Assembly (NCBI GenBank): GCA_016928955.1
Contig: JAFGJV010000014.1
Coordinates: 6,014 to 70,013, forward strand
Direction of reading: 5' to 3'
Source of the DNA: Spirochaetales bacterium
GTDB taxonomy: Bacteria > Spirochaetota > Spirochaetia > Treponematales > UBA12059
DNA: 64,000 nucleotides
The notes beneath the pieces were generated by a model. That model had not been told where the DNA came from. It did not search any database and saw only the letters and a program-made list of their open reading frames with translations. Below, piece by piece: positions 9,797 to 18,446 of this stretch; within the stretch, counting starts at the first letter, position 1, and each line of letters starts with the position of its first letter. A program made the position numbers and the translations under genes.

Positions 9797-10498
9797 ATGA
9801 AGACAATCCACGTCCGTGTTGCGGTCCTGGCGGCCCTTCTTGCGGCAAGCGCCTGGGCCCTGGAAGAACCGAGCCTCAAACTCCACATCCACCTGACCGG
9901 CCTGGATACAGCTGTGGCCCCCCATATCGTGGACGGGCACCTGATACTGAGCGTGGTCGGCCCTTACCGCCACGTGGGTGCGGCTTTCTCGCACGAGGAC
10001 TGGAAGCGGGTTCATTCCTTCCAGCTTAACCGCAACGGTGTGTTCGTGCTGGCCCTGCCCCTGCCCTTGGGCGACGCCCGGCTTGTCCAGTACCGCCTGG
10101 TGGTTGACGGAGCGTGGTCCCACGATCCGTCCAATCCCCGCACCCAACGGGACAGGGCCACGGGAGCCACGGTGTCCCTTGCGGATTTCCCCGCGCGGTC
10201 CCTGACCGAGCTCGGCGTGTGGGATCCCGCCATGGACGGTGCCGCGCACTTCTATTTTGAGGGCGAAAGCGGCCAGCGCGTCAGCGTGGCCGGAACGTTC
10301 AACGGATGGGATCCTTTCATCCACGAATTGGCCGAGACGGCGCCGGGCCGCTACGAACTGATCCTGGACCTGGCCCCGGGCGACTACTATTATGTGTTCG
10401 TGTACATGGGACGGCGCCTGTCCGACCCCCTGAACATGCGGCTGACCTACTCGCCTGACGGGCGGGAGCTGTCAGTTATCACGGTGGCCAGGCGCTAG
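9797..10498 (+). CDS. Secreted protein with two CBM48/AMPK-beta-like glycogen-binding modules
   Basis: Signal peptide MKTIHVRVAVLAALLAASAWA. The segments ...VSVAGTFNGWDPFIHELAE...GRYELILDLAPGDYYYVFVY are typical of the CBM48 / early-set fold. Confidence 0.65.
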   Translation: MKTIHVRVAVLAALLAASAWALEEPSLKLHIHLTGLDTAVAPHIVDGHLILSVVGPYRHVGAAFSHEDWKRVHSFQLNRNGVFVLALPLPLGDARLVQYRLVVDGAWSHDPSNPRTQRDRATGATVSLADFPARSLTELGVWDPAMDGAAHFYFEGESGQRVSVAGTFNGWDPFIHELAETAPGRYELILDLAPGDYYYVFVYMGRRLSDPLNMRLTYSPDGRELSVITVARR

Positions 10499-10511
10499 CC
10501 GGGCACCTCGC

Positions 10512-11138
10512 TCAGGCGGACGGCCCATCCCCGGCCGGAGTTACCATGCTGGCCAGGGCCAGGGCGCATTGTTCCGCCCCCAGCGTACCCACATCCAGCG
10601 TTTCCGATCCGCTCCAGCGCGCCATGAGCCTGTCCCTGATCTCCGGGCGGGCCATGACCACGGCTGCCCGGTATCCGGGGGCGGCAGCCGCGTGCCAGGT
10701 GTCCAGCGCCTTGAGCGCGAGCGTGAAACCCAGGCCGTGGTCCAGTTCCAGGGGGCCCAGTTCGTCCACCAAGGCGGCCCGTGCAAAAGCGTCGCGCGAG
10801 CCAAGAGACAGGATGGCCGCCTCAAGTACCCGGTCGGCGTTTTCAAGCTCGGCCCGGTCGAACAGCCAGCGGCCCAGGCGCAGGCCCAGGGGGTGCTCGG
10901 GATCCAGGCTCGGGCGTCCTGGCTGGTCAGGCGATTCCGGATAGGCCCTGGCCAGAACCCGGGACAAGTCGGAGCCCACGCGGAGCCAGCGTATATCGGT
11001 CTTGGCCGAGCCCAGAAAGGTGGCGGGGCACAAGACGCCGTCGCAGCGCGCCCGGCTCTTTGCCATATCCGCCGCGCGCTTGGCGCAGCTGGTTTTGCCC
11101 GAGCCACGTTCCCCGCTGACCAGTATGATCCTGCCCAT
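10512..11138 (-). CDS. P-loop NTPase (THEP1/DUF2478-like)
   Basis: Walker A motif ILVSGERGSGKTS at the N-terminus. The ORF is 208 aa and sits 5 nt downstream of the preceding gene. Confidence 0.65.
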   Translation of the reverse strand: MGRIILVSGERGSGKTSCAKRAADMAKSRARCDGVLCPATFLGSAKTDIRWLRVGSDLSRVLARAYPESPDQPGRPSLDPEHPLGLRLGRWLFDRAELENADRVLEAAILSLGSRDAFARAALVDELGPLELDHGLGFTLALKALDTWHAAAAPGYRAAVVMARPEIRDRLMARWSGSETLDVGTLGAEQCALALASMVTPAGDGPSA

Positions 11139-11143
11139 GGGGC

Positions 11144-11794
11144 CTACTCCATTTCAAGGGGCGCAAAGACAACGTCCACTGTGCCAAGTTTGAGTCCCGC
11201 GCGCCGGGCAAAGTCCTCCGCCAGGGCCTTGAGCGCGTCCGCGGCTTCCCGCCTGAGCGCCGGGTCGTCCAGCAGGGCCGTGGCCGCTTCCGTAAAACGC
11301 AGGGTGAGCGACGCCCGGGCGTCGTCCAAAAGCTTGTCCTCGTCCAGGAAGATGGACCGGTCTGAGGCGCGGGCCTCCACGCTGTCCGTGAGCACGGCCG
11401 GCGTGAGCAGGGTCAGGGGAGGGGCGGCTATATACAGGGTGCCTTGCCCGGCACCGCTATAGTGCAGGCTCCAGGGCTCAGCCGTCTTGAAATCGACCAC
11501 AAAGGCCAGGTCCGCCCATGCGGACAGCTCGATGACGGCGTCCGAGCGTATGTTGAGGAACTGCCCAAGGGCGCTGTCGCCAAACAGCCGGCCAGGCACC
11601 GTTTCCTGGATGCTGACCCTCTGGCGCGTTTTGATAAGCACCAGGGCGCCGGCTTCCAGCCTGTCTTCCACAAAGGACAGGAAGTTCCGCTCCACGCGCG
11701 CGATCCTGCCCGCGCTCAGGGCCAGGGCCAGGACGGCTCCCGCGACGAGCAGGGCAACGGCCGCTCCCGCGCCCAGCCAAAAATGGTTTTTCAT
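11144..11794 (-). CDS. Membrane-anchored hypothetical protein (DUF4230-like size and topology)
   Basis: ORF trimmed to ATG 11794 (MKNHFWLGAGAAVALLVAGAVLALALSAG...). It has a single N-terminal TM helix. The family assignment is tentative. Confidence 0.55.
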   Translation of the reverse strand: MKNHFWLGAGAAVALLVAGAVLALALSAGRIARVERNFLSFVEDRLEAGALVLIKTRQRVSIQETVPGRLFGDSALGQFLNIRSDAVIELSAWADLAFVVDFKTAEPWSLHYSGAGQGTLYIAAPPLTLLTPAVLTDSVEARASDRSIFLDEDKLLDDARASLTLRFTEAATALLDDPALRREAADALKALAEDFARRAGLKLGTVDVVFAPLEME

Positions 11795-11869
11795 CACGAC
11801 TCCTTGCTGACGCGACGATGCCCGGCGCCGGAACACCCGGGCCCTGTCAGGCGGCCCGTAGGGCGGCGC

Positions 11870-12403
11870 CTACGGCCGTATGGCCAAAAACCGCGGCCGG
11901 GACAGGCTGCCGGCGAGCTCGAACATTTTCACGTCATAGGCGCCCATGGAACTGGGCGGGGCCTCAACCACGGCAAAGCTCGGGCCGTACCGACTTCGCG
12001 GCCGGGACAGGCTACCGGGATTCACCAGCAGTACCCCGGACACCAGGTCCCAGAACGGCACATGGGTGTGGCCAAAGAAGCAGGCGTCGGCGCCTTCGTG
12101 CTTTGCCGCCTGAACCAGGGGCCGGTAGGAATTGCCGCCGAGCTGCGTGTGACCGTGCACAGCCAGGATCTTGCGGTCGTACGCCCACAGGATCCTGGAC
12201 GCGGGGACCGACCAGTCGCCGTCCACATTGCCCCTGACCGCGTACCAGGGCGGCATGGGTACGCCCGAGCTGGCGGCCGCTTCCACGTCCGAAGCGCCGT
12301 CGCCCAGGTGCACCAGCATCTGGACCGAGCGGCCGAGCTTGGACAGCACGGCAGCAAGGCCCCTGGGATCGCCATGCGTGTCCGACACCAGGAGTATCCT
12401 CAT
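11870..12403 (-). CDS. YfcE/MJ0936-family metallophosphoesterase (phosphodiesterase)
   Basis: ORF trimmed to ATG 12403 (MRILLVSDTHGD...). The motifs DTHGD, HLGDG, RGNVDG and GHTH are present. The start overlaps the upstream stop by ATGA (12400-12403). Confidence 0.85.
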   Translation of the reverse strand: MRILLVSDTHGDPRGLAAVLSKLGRSVQMLVHLGDGASDVEAAASSGVPMPPWYAVRGNVDGDWSVPASRILWAYDRKILAVHGHTQLGGNSYRPLVQAAKHEGADACFFGHTHVPFWDLVSGVLLVNPGSLSRPRSRYGPSFAVVEAPPSSMGAYDVKMFELAGSLSRPRFLAIRP

Positions 12404-13692
12404 GGTCCGTCGCTTCTCTTGATACGCCGGTTGTTGGCGGACAGGCGGGAGGCCATCTGGGTGACCAGGCGCCTGGACGCCTCCGGGTCCTGGTCCAGGA
12501 CCGTGCGGAACAAGGCGGCCGGCAGGCGGAACACCGTTACGTCCTCCGCGGCCACGGCCCACGCTGAACGGGTTTCGTCCAGTATCAGGGCCAGTTCGCC
12601 GAAAAATTCGCCTTCCGACACGGACGAAACCGGCGGCGCGCCTCCGGCCGGATCGTCCAGGTATATGTGGACGCGGCCCTTGTACAGGTAATAGGCGTCC
12701 GCGCTCTTATCCCCCATCTTGAAGATGACGGAGCCCGCGGCAAGTGTGCGGGCGTAACGCCTGGTCAGGCGCTCGGGCTGGCCAAAGAGGGCGCGCTCCA
12801 GCCTGTTGGCGCCTTTTGTGGCCGTGTCCAGGCGGTGGAAGCGCGCGAACAGGAGCGAGTCGAAATGCTCAAGGGTAAAGGTCAGTTCGACAAAGAAAAA
12901 ATACAGCCAGAAAAAGGAGTATACCTTGATGAGTCCGAGCACCAGGCTCCCCAGTATGCCGTACAGGATTCCGTAGCGCTCGGGGTTGAGGGCCAGGTTC
13001 AAGAGCGAGCCGAGTATCGCGTACGACACGATGCAGAGGAGCGACGCTATCAGGGCATGCGCCGTTTTTGGGTGGGTCTGGGGCACCTTGAGGAAGGTCA
13101 GGAAGACGAACAGCCACAGGGCGGCCATGGGCACGAGTTCCGACGCCAGGGGAGCCAGCCAGGCGAACAGCGAGCGGGCAGGTTCCCAGCCTATGGCCGC
13201 CAGGATCACCTTGGCCGCCTGGCTTGCCGCCAGGAGCGCTATGACAGCGAATAGGAAAATCAGCTCCACCACGAACGTGAGCAGGCCCTCTCGGACGGGA
13301 TTGACGGGGGCCGTGCCCGCGTACACCACGCGCACCCCGCGCTGTATGGACACGACGAACAGCCGGGCGGCCCAAATCAGGCTGACCGCGCCGATCGCGC
13401 CGGCGGCGCCAAGTCCCGGCCCCTCCAGGATGCCCGCCAGGCCCGCTGAGCCACCAAAGGCCTCCAGGTAGGGTTCCAGCGACGCCAGCGCCGCCCTCAT
13501 GTCCAGGCCCAGAAGCCGGGTTATCAGGCTGGACGCGTACAGAACGACCAGGAGACCGGGCGCTGCCGACAGGAGAAATGCATAGGCGCCGGCCGCTGCG
13601 TGGTTGGCCATCTCGTCGCGCGTGAACTGCTCGAGGCAAAAGAGGGCGCGCTGGGCAAAAGGCGTAAGGATGCCGGCTTTTTTGCTGGCCAT
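12400..13692 (-). CDS. YihY/BrkB-family membrane protein fused to a C-terminal cyclic-nucleotide-binding (CAP_ED) domain
   Basis: The N-terminal six-TM region begins ...FTRDEMANHAAAGAYAFLLSAAPGLLVV..., as in YihY. The C-terminal region ...GSVIFKMGDKSADAYYLYKGRVHIY...GEFFGELALILDETRSAWAVAAEDV... shows the cNMP-binding signature. ATG 13692 is preferred over TTG 13728. Confidence 0.8.
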   Translation of the reverse strand: MASKKAGILTPFAQRALFCLEQFTRDEMANHAAAGAYAFLLSAAPGLLVVLYASSLITRLLGLDMRAALASLEPYLEAFGGSAGLAGILEGPGLGAAGAIGAVSLIWAARLFVVSIQRGVRVVYAGTAPVNPVREGLLTFVVELIFLFAVIALLAASQAAKVILAAIGWEPARSLFAWLAPLASELVPMAALWLFVFLTFLKVPQTHPKTAHALIASLLCIVSYAILGSLLNLALNPERYGILYGILGSLVLGLIKVYSFFWLYFFFVELTFTLEHFDSLLFARFHRLDTATKGANRLERALFGQPERLTRRYARTLAAGSVIFKMGDKSADAYYLYKGRVHIYLDDPAGGAPPVSSVSEGEFFGELALILDETRSAWAVAAEDVTVFRLPAALFRTVLDQDPEASRRLVTQMASRLSANNRRIKRSDGP

Positions 13693-13742
13693 ACGTTTAT
13701 TGTGTACCGGTCCCCGCCAGGCGCGCAAGGGCGGTCGTGATC

Positions 13743-14858
13743 TCAGGGGGCGCAGAAGGCCACGGCCCGGTCTCGACCCTGGTTTTTGGCCGCGTACAAG
13801 GCGGTATCGGCGCGCGCGAACAGGGCCTGGGGCGTGTCTCCCTGCCCGGGGGCGGCGCAGGCGCAGCCTAGGCTCACGGACAGGATACCGTCCCCGGACG
13901 GCGCCCCCTCATGCCGTATGCCGAGCGCCTTGACCGCGTCGTGCATGCGCCTGGCCATGTTCAAAGCCCCGTCTTGTTCGGTAAAGGGCAGGATGACGGC
14001 GAATTCCTCTCCGCCCCAGCGGCACGCGCAGTCCGTATCGCGGGCCAGGCAGCCCTTGACGGCGGCGGCCACCTTTTCCAGGACCCCGTCGCCGGCCAGG
14101 TGGCCGTTGCGGTCGTTGTATTGCTTGAAGAAATCTATGTCCAACAGGATGATGGCCAGACGGCTCCTGGCGCGTTGCGTGTAGCGCCAGGCTTCCTGCA
14201 GTTCCATGTCAAAGCCCCGGCGGTTTTTGAGGCCTGTCAGCTGGTCCACAACGCTGAGCCGCGCAAGCTCCGCCCGTGAGCTTTCCAGAAGGCCCTGGGC
14301 ACGGTGCCTGATGAACTCAAGGCCAAAGGCCATGAGAAAGGCGCTCATGTACAAAAGAGGAAAGCGCAGGCGGAAGGTGGCCGTGTACGTGGTGGCCAAG
14401 CGGTCGGCCAGGGGCGACCACAAGGCGCCTGTCAGAATGACCATCATGACCAGGCTGGTCACGGTTCCGCGGGTCTTGCCCAGGAGGAACATGCTGGTAC
14501 TGGGCATCAGGATGATCCATATCGGGCTGAAATTGTCGGCCCCGCCCGTGTACAGGAGGTACGTGAACAGGGGCACGGCGGCCGACACAATGATGGTAGA
14601 CGGAAGTTCGGGGCGGGAGGACACCACGGTCACAACCAGGGCCGAAAGCGACACCAGCGCGTACAGGCCCGTGGCTATGCCAAGGGCCGTGTACCCTTTG
14701 CCCAGGTTGGCTATGGTCAGTATGGCGCACACCACGATCAGGATGACGCATACCACGGCGGTCTGGAGACGCATCCGGAGTTTGTCGTTGTCCAGGATGC
14801 GGTCAAGGGTGAGCTTTTCTTCCTGGAGTTCCGGGTAGTCGGTATCCCCGTCCGTCAT
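13743..14858 (-). CDS. Membrane-bound diguanylate cyclase (GGDEF)
   Basis: ORF 13743..15254 trimmed to ATG 14858 (MTDGDTDYPELQ...). It has about 6 TM helices followed by a GGDEF domain with active site RWGGEEFAV. The upstream part of the ORF overlaps the neighbouring gene and is Arg/Trp-rich, which looks non-coding. Confidence 0.85.
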   Translation of the reverse strand: MTDGDTDYPELQEEKLTLDRILDNDKLRMRLQTAVVCVILIVVCAILTIANLGKGYTALGIATGLYALVSLSALVVTVVSSRPELPSTIIVSAAVPLFTYLLYTGGADNFSPIWIILMPSTSMFLLGKTRGTVTSLVMMVILTGALWSPLADRLATTYTATFRLRFPLLYMSAFLMAFGLEFIRHRAQGLLESSRAELARLSVVDQLTGLKNRRGFDMELQEAWRYTQRARSRLAIILLDIDFFKQYNDRNGHLAGDGVLEKVAAAVKGCLARDTDCACRWGGEEFAVILPFTEQDGALNMARRMHDAVKALGIRHEGAPSGDGILSVSLGCACAAPGQGDTPQALFARADTALYAAKNQGRDRAVAFCAP

Positions 14859-14916
14859 GGGTTCAGTATAGGACGTAATGCGCGGAGACGCTATGCCATA
14901 CCCGATCAAACACGAG

Positions 14917-15390
14917 CTACCGGCCGTCCGCTTGCGTATCCTGGGCCGCCAGCTCGGCCAGTATGCGCGGCTCCAGCCTGAAGGGGCTGCCCCTGCCCTG
15001 CAGGAAACGGTGGACGCGCAGAAGATGGATGGACAGGTCGCTGTACGCGGCAAGCTCCCTGCCGTCCATGCCACGCACCACGATCGAGTTCTTGTGGAAA
15101 AGGCCGTCGTGCCAGGGACAGGCCAGCATGCCGCGGGCGTCGCCCGAGCTGACCAGCCAGCGGCCGCCCACGGTGACCGGCTCGCCCAGCCCGGTCTGCG
15201 CCGCGTCCCGCAGGCGCTCCAGGGTGTCAGCGGCCGCGTCCGGATCCACGCCAAGGCGACTCAGCTCCTCCAGGTCGGCCTCCACGATGTCGCCCAGGGC
15301 CCGCTGGTCGTTCCCCAGGAACCCCCCGGCGGTGATGCGGCCGGGCGCCATGCGCTCGCGCGCCTCTATGTCGGCCTGCGTGCTTTTCAT
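14917..15390 (-). CDS. Hypothetical 157-aa protein immediately downstream of nqrF
   Basis: ORF trimmed to ATG 15390, preceded by GGAGGA (MKSTQADIEARERMAPGR...). GC3 is high throughout the frame. I recognise no family. Confidence 0.55.
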   Translation of the reverse strand: MKSTQADIEARERMAPGRITAGGFLGNDQRALGDIVEADLEELSRLGVDPDAAADTLERLRDAAQTGLGEPVTVGGRWLVSSGDARGMLACPWHDGLFHKNSIVVRGMDGRELAAYSDLSIHLLRVHRFLQGRGSPFRLEPRILAELAAQDTQADGR

Positions 15391-15410
15391 GTGTCCTCCA
15401 GAGCCGCCCT

Positions 15411-16532
15411 TTAGGCGAACTTGTCGTAGAAAATCTCGGACTCGGACATGCCGTTGGCCGTCATCACGTTTATGCACGCGTTGATCATGCCCGGGCTGCC
15501 GCACAGGTAGCCCTCTAGGCCCTTGTCCTTGCCTATCGTGTTCTTGATGTAGCGGTCCAGCACGTCCGTAATCAGGCCCGTGTCGCCCGTCCACGCGTCG
15601 TCCGGACCCGGCTCCGACAGGGCCGGCACAAAGTGGAAGCGGGGCCATTCCTTTTCCAGGGCCTTAAGCTCGTCCAGGTAGAACATGTCCTTCATGGACC
15701 GCGCGCCGAAGAAGTACCAGACGTCCTTCTGCGGAAAGGCGTCGCGCTCCTTCATGTCGTGGAACATGGACTTGAACGGCGCCATGCCCGAGCCGCCGGC
15801 CACGCATACCATGGCCTTGGGGGTGTCGTGCACGCGGAACTCGCCAAAGGGGCCCACCAGCTCCGCGCGGTCGCCCTCCTTGAGGTGCTTGTGCACCCAG
15901 GTGGTGGCCAGGCCTCCGGGCACCAGCCTAATGATCAGCTCTACATGCTTGCCGTCCGAGGGAGCTGACGACATGGAGTAGGCGCGCTGGACGCTCTCTC
16001 CCAGGTCGCCGTAGGGCGGGACCACCAGCTGTACGTATTGACCGGAGCTGAACTCTATGGCGTCGGGCCCTTCCAGGCGGAACAGCACTTCCTTGATGTC
16101 GTAGGTGAGGTCACGCACGCGTTCGGCGGTGGCCGTGAATTTGCGCACGCTGAACAGCTCGTCAGGAAGCTCTATGGCTATGTCCTTCTTCAGCTTGATC
16201 TGGCAGGACAGGCGCACGTTCCTGGCAGTTTCCTCCGGCGACAAATAGGGCGTCTCCGTGGGCAGGTGGGGTCCCACGTCCGACAGCACGCGGACCTTGC
16301 ACGCGCCGCAGGAGCCGCGGCCGCCGCATGCCGAGGGCACGAACACGCCAAGGCCAGCCAGGGTGCCCAGGAGCGGGGCGCCACCCCTGGCCGTGAACGT
16401 TTTCTTGCCGCCGTTGATGTCTATGGTCACCTCGCCGTAGTCGTTGACCACGCGGTCGACCAGGGCAATGACCAGGGCCAGGAAGGCCGTTATGCCGGCG
16501 CTGACCAGGGGACCGAGCACGAGGGTCGTCAC
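15411..16532 (-). CDS. nqrF: NqrF-type subunit (TM anchor, 2Fe-2S ferredoxin and FAD/NADH-binding reductase)
   Basis: GTG start preceded by TAAGGAGG. There is an N-terminal TM helix. Motifs present are CGGRGSCGAC (C-x5-C-x2-C), RAYSMSS (FAD) and VAGGSGMAPF (NAD). Confidence 0.9.
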   Translation of the reverse strand: MTTLVLGPLVSAGITAFLALVIALVDRVVNDYGEVTIDINGGKKTFTARGGAPLLGTLAGLGVFVPSACGGRGSCGACKVRVLSDVGPHLPTETPYLSPEETARNVRLSCQIKLKKDIAIELPDELFSVRKFTATAERVRDLTYDIKEVLFRLEGPDAIEFSSGQYVQLVVPPYGDLGESVQRAYSMSSAPSDGKHVELIIRLVPGGLATTWVHKHLKEGDRAELVGPFGEFRVHDTPKAMVCVAGGSGMAPFKSMFHDMKERDAFPQKDVWYFFGARSMKDMFYLDELKALEKEWPRFHFVPALSEPGPDDAWTGDTGLITDVLDRYIKNTIGKDKGLEGYLCGSPGMINACINVMTANGMSESEIFYDKFA

Positions 16533-16542
16533 GCGCGCCTCC

Positions 16543-17136
16543 TTACTGGACGGCTATCATGCCGGAAAAGCCGGTGAAGGCCATGGCCATGAAACCGATG
16601 GTGATGAGGGTGATGCCCGGGCCCTTGAGGCCGGCGGGCACGGGGTTCTTGTCCACGCGTTCGCGTATCGCGGACAAAAGGAGTATGGCCAGCCACCAGC
16701 CCAGGCCCGAGCCCGCGCCGAACGACACGGTCTGTATGAAGGAGTAGGAGCGGATCTGGATGAAGAGTATGGCACCCAGTATGGCGCAGTTGACGGTGAT
16801 CAGGGGCAGGAAGATGCCCAGGGACAGGTAGAGCGCCGGGCTGGACCGGTCTATGACCATTTCCAGGATCTGCACCACGGCCGCGATCACGATGATGAAC
16901 ACGATGAAGGACAGGTACTCTATGCCCAACGGTATGAGCACCAGGTGGAGCACCGCCCAGCTCACGGCCGCCGTGATGGTCATCACAAAGGTGACGGCCA
17001 TGCCCAGGCCAAAGGAGCTTTTCCAGTCCTTGGATATCGATATGAACGAGCACATCCCCAGGAAATTGGTCAAAAGGATGTTGCTGGTGAACACCGAGGC
17101 GAAAAACAGGGTGATGGGGTTTATCAACGGCGGCAT
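16543..17136 (-). CDS. nqrE: NqrE/RnfA-family membrane subunit
   Basis: ATG 17136 preceded by AAGGAGGA. The six-TM protein has the characteristic ...SNILLTNFLGMC... and ...LITVNCAILG... segments. Confidence 0.9.
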   Translation of the reverse strand: MPPLINPITLFFASVFTSNILLTNFLGMCSFISISKDWKSSFGLGMAVTFVMTITAAVSWAVLHLVLIPLGIEYLSFIVFIIVIAAVVQILEMVIDRSSPALYLSLGIFLPLITVNCAILGAILFIQIRSYSFIQTVSFGAGSGLGWWLAILLLSAIRERVDKNPVPAGLKGPGITLITIGFMAMAFTGFSGMIAVQ

Positions 17137-17187
17137 GTTCTGTCCTCCTTGTGGGGACCGCAAGCGGTACGCTGGCGCGTTTTCATA

Positions 17188-17832
17188 TCATCGCCCCTGC
17201 GGGGCCACAGCAGCCGGCCGGGGCGCGGACTTGGCGGGCTTCCTGGCCTGCATGGTCTTGGCCGCCCATATCGTTATGGCCACCAGGAAGAACGCGCTTG
17301 GCGCCATGACCATAATGGTCCAGGGCGTAAAGCCGGCGGGCAGGACGCGCAGGCCGAACAGGCTCCCGAAGCCCAACAGCTCCCGGACGGCCGCTATGGC
17401 CATGAGCACGGCCATGTAGCCCAGGCCGCTCGTGATGCCGTCCCAGAAAGACAGAAGCGGCTTGTTGGCCTGGGCAAAAGCCTCCGCACGGCCCATGATG
17501 ATGCAGTTGGTGATGATCAGGCCAACGTAGGGACCCAGCTGGCGCGACACGTCCGGCAGGTACGCCCGCAGGACTATGTCTATCAGGATGACATAGAACG
17601 ATATGACCAGGACCTGCACGATCATGCGCACCTTGCGCGGTATGAGGTCCTTCATGGCCGACAGGGTCATGCTGGAAAAGGCCGTGGTCAGGGCCACGCC
17701 CACGGTCATGACCAGGGTGTTGCGCAGGTTGTTGGTCACGGCCAGGGTGGAACAGATGCCCAGGATCTGTATGAGCACCGGGTTGTTGGTCCACACGTTT
17801 TCCTTGAGCACGGTTAAGGCTTTGGACGCCAT
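17188..17832 (-). CDS. nqrD: NqrD/RnfE-family membrane subunit
   Basis: The segments ...NNPVLIQILGICSTLAVT... and ...GLIITNCIIMGRAEAFA... are present. The start overlaps the nqrC stop (TGATG). Confidence 0.9.
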   Translation of the reverse strand: MASKALTVLKENVWTNNPVLIQILGICSTLAVTNNLRNTLVMTVGVALTTAFSSMTLSAMKDLIPRKVRMIVQVLVISFYVILIDIVLRAYLPDVSRQLGPYVGLIITNCIIMGRAEAFAQANKPLLSFWDGITSGLGYMAVLMAIAAVRELLGFGSLFGLRVLPAGFTPWTIMVMAPSAFFLVAITIWAAKTMQARKPAKSAPRPAAVAPQGR

Positions 17833-18446
17833 CACAGACCTCCCGATATGGCGCGAACCCTGGCAAGGGCGGCGTTCACGATGGTTCCAAAGGCGACGCT
17901 CGTGCGCGACGCGCCCGTGACGCCGTCCACGCGGCCGTTGTCAGGATCCGGGTCGCCTAAGCCTGACAGCTCCGCGCCCACGGCCACGTCTATGCCGCCG
18001 TCGGAGCGCTCCCCGCGGAACTGGTCCAGGAAGGCCGCCTCCTCGATGCGGCCGCCCAGGCCGGGGGTTTCGTTCTGGGCCAGGATGGCCACGCCCGACA
18101 CGCGGCCGGCGTCCGGACGGGCGGCCAGCATGATGGTGATGGCTCCCCAGAGGCCTGCCCCGGTCTCTTGGACGACGACAAGGCTCTGGCCGTCAATCGT
18201 CGCCTTCCACGCCGGTCCTGTAGCGTCGCCCGCATCCAGCGTCAGCTCCGCGAACAGCCGCCGGGCCTCGTCCGGGTCCGCGTAGTCCACGCCCAGGGCC
18301 TTAAGCACGGCGCTCTGCGTTGCGAAGGCTTTATTGTCGGCCACGCGCGCCGCTGTCAGGTCGTTGGCCAGGGCAAGCACGAACACAAAGGCCAGGGCCA
18401 CCACAAAGGTGAACACCACCGTGTATACAAGGCTGTCTTTTTTCAT
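17832..18446 (-). CDS. nqrC: NqrC/RnfG-family FMN-binding subunit
   Basis: ORF 17832..19169 trimmed to ATG 18446 (MKKDSLVYTVVFTFVVALAF...). It has a single TM helix and an FMN_bind domain with the flavinylation-type motif DGVTGAS. It overlaps the upstream gene by ATGA. Confidence 0.85.
   Translation of the reverse strand: MKKDSLVYTVVFTFVVALAFVFVLALANDLTAARVADNKAFATQSAVLKALGVDYADPDEARRLFAELTLDAGDATGPAWKATIDGQSLVVVQETGAGLWGAITIMLAARPDAGRVSGVAILAQNETPGLGGRIEEAAFLDQFRGERSDGGIDVAVGAELSGLGDPDPDNGRVDGVTGASRTSVAFGTIVNAALARVRAISGGL

Noticed and set aside
14859-15254. N-terminal extension of the GGDEF ORF (MAWIRTRPLTPWSAC...)
   Set aside because: It overlaps the better-supported 14917..15390 gene in another frame. 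It is Arg/Trp/Pro-rich, and the membrane domain begins naturally after ATG 14858.
16444-17817. 457-aa plus-strand ORF antisense to nqrE and nqrD
   Set aside because: It is the same high-GC artefact. The product is His/Gly/Asp/Arg-rich and low-complexity, whereas the minus-strand genes have unambiguous Nqr/Rnf motifs and strong RBSs.
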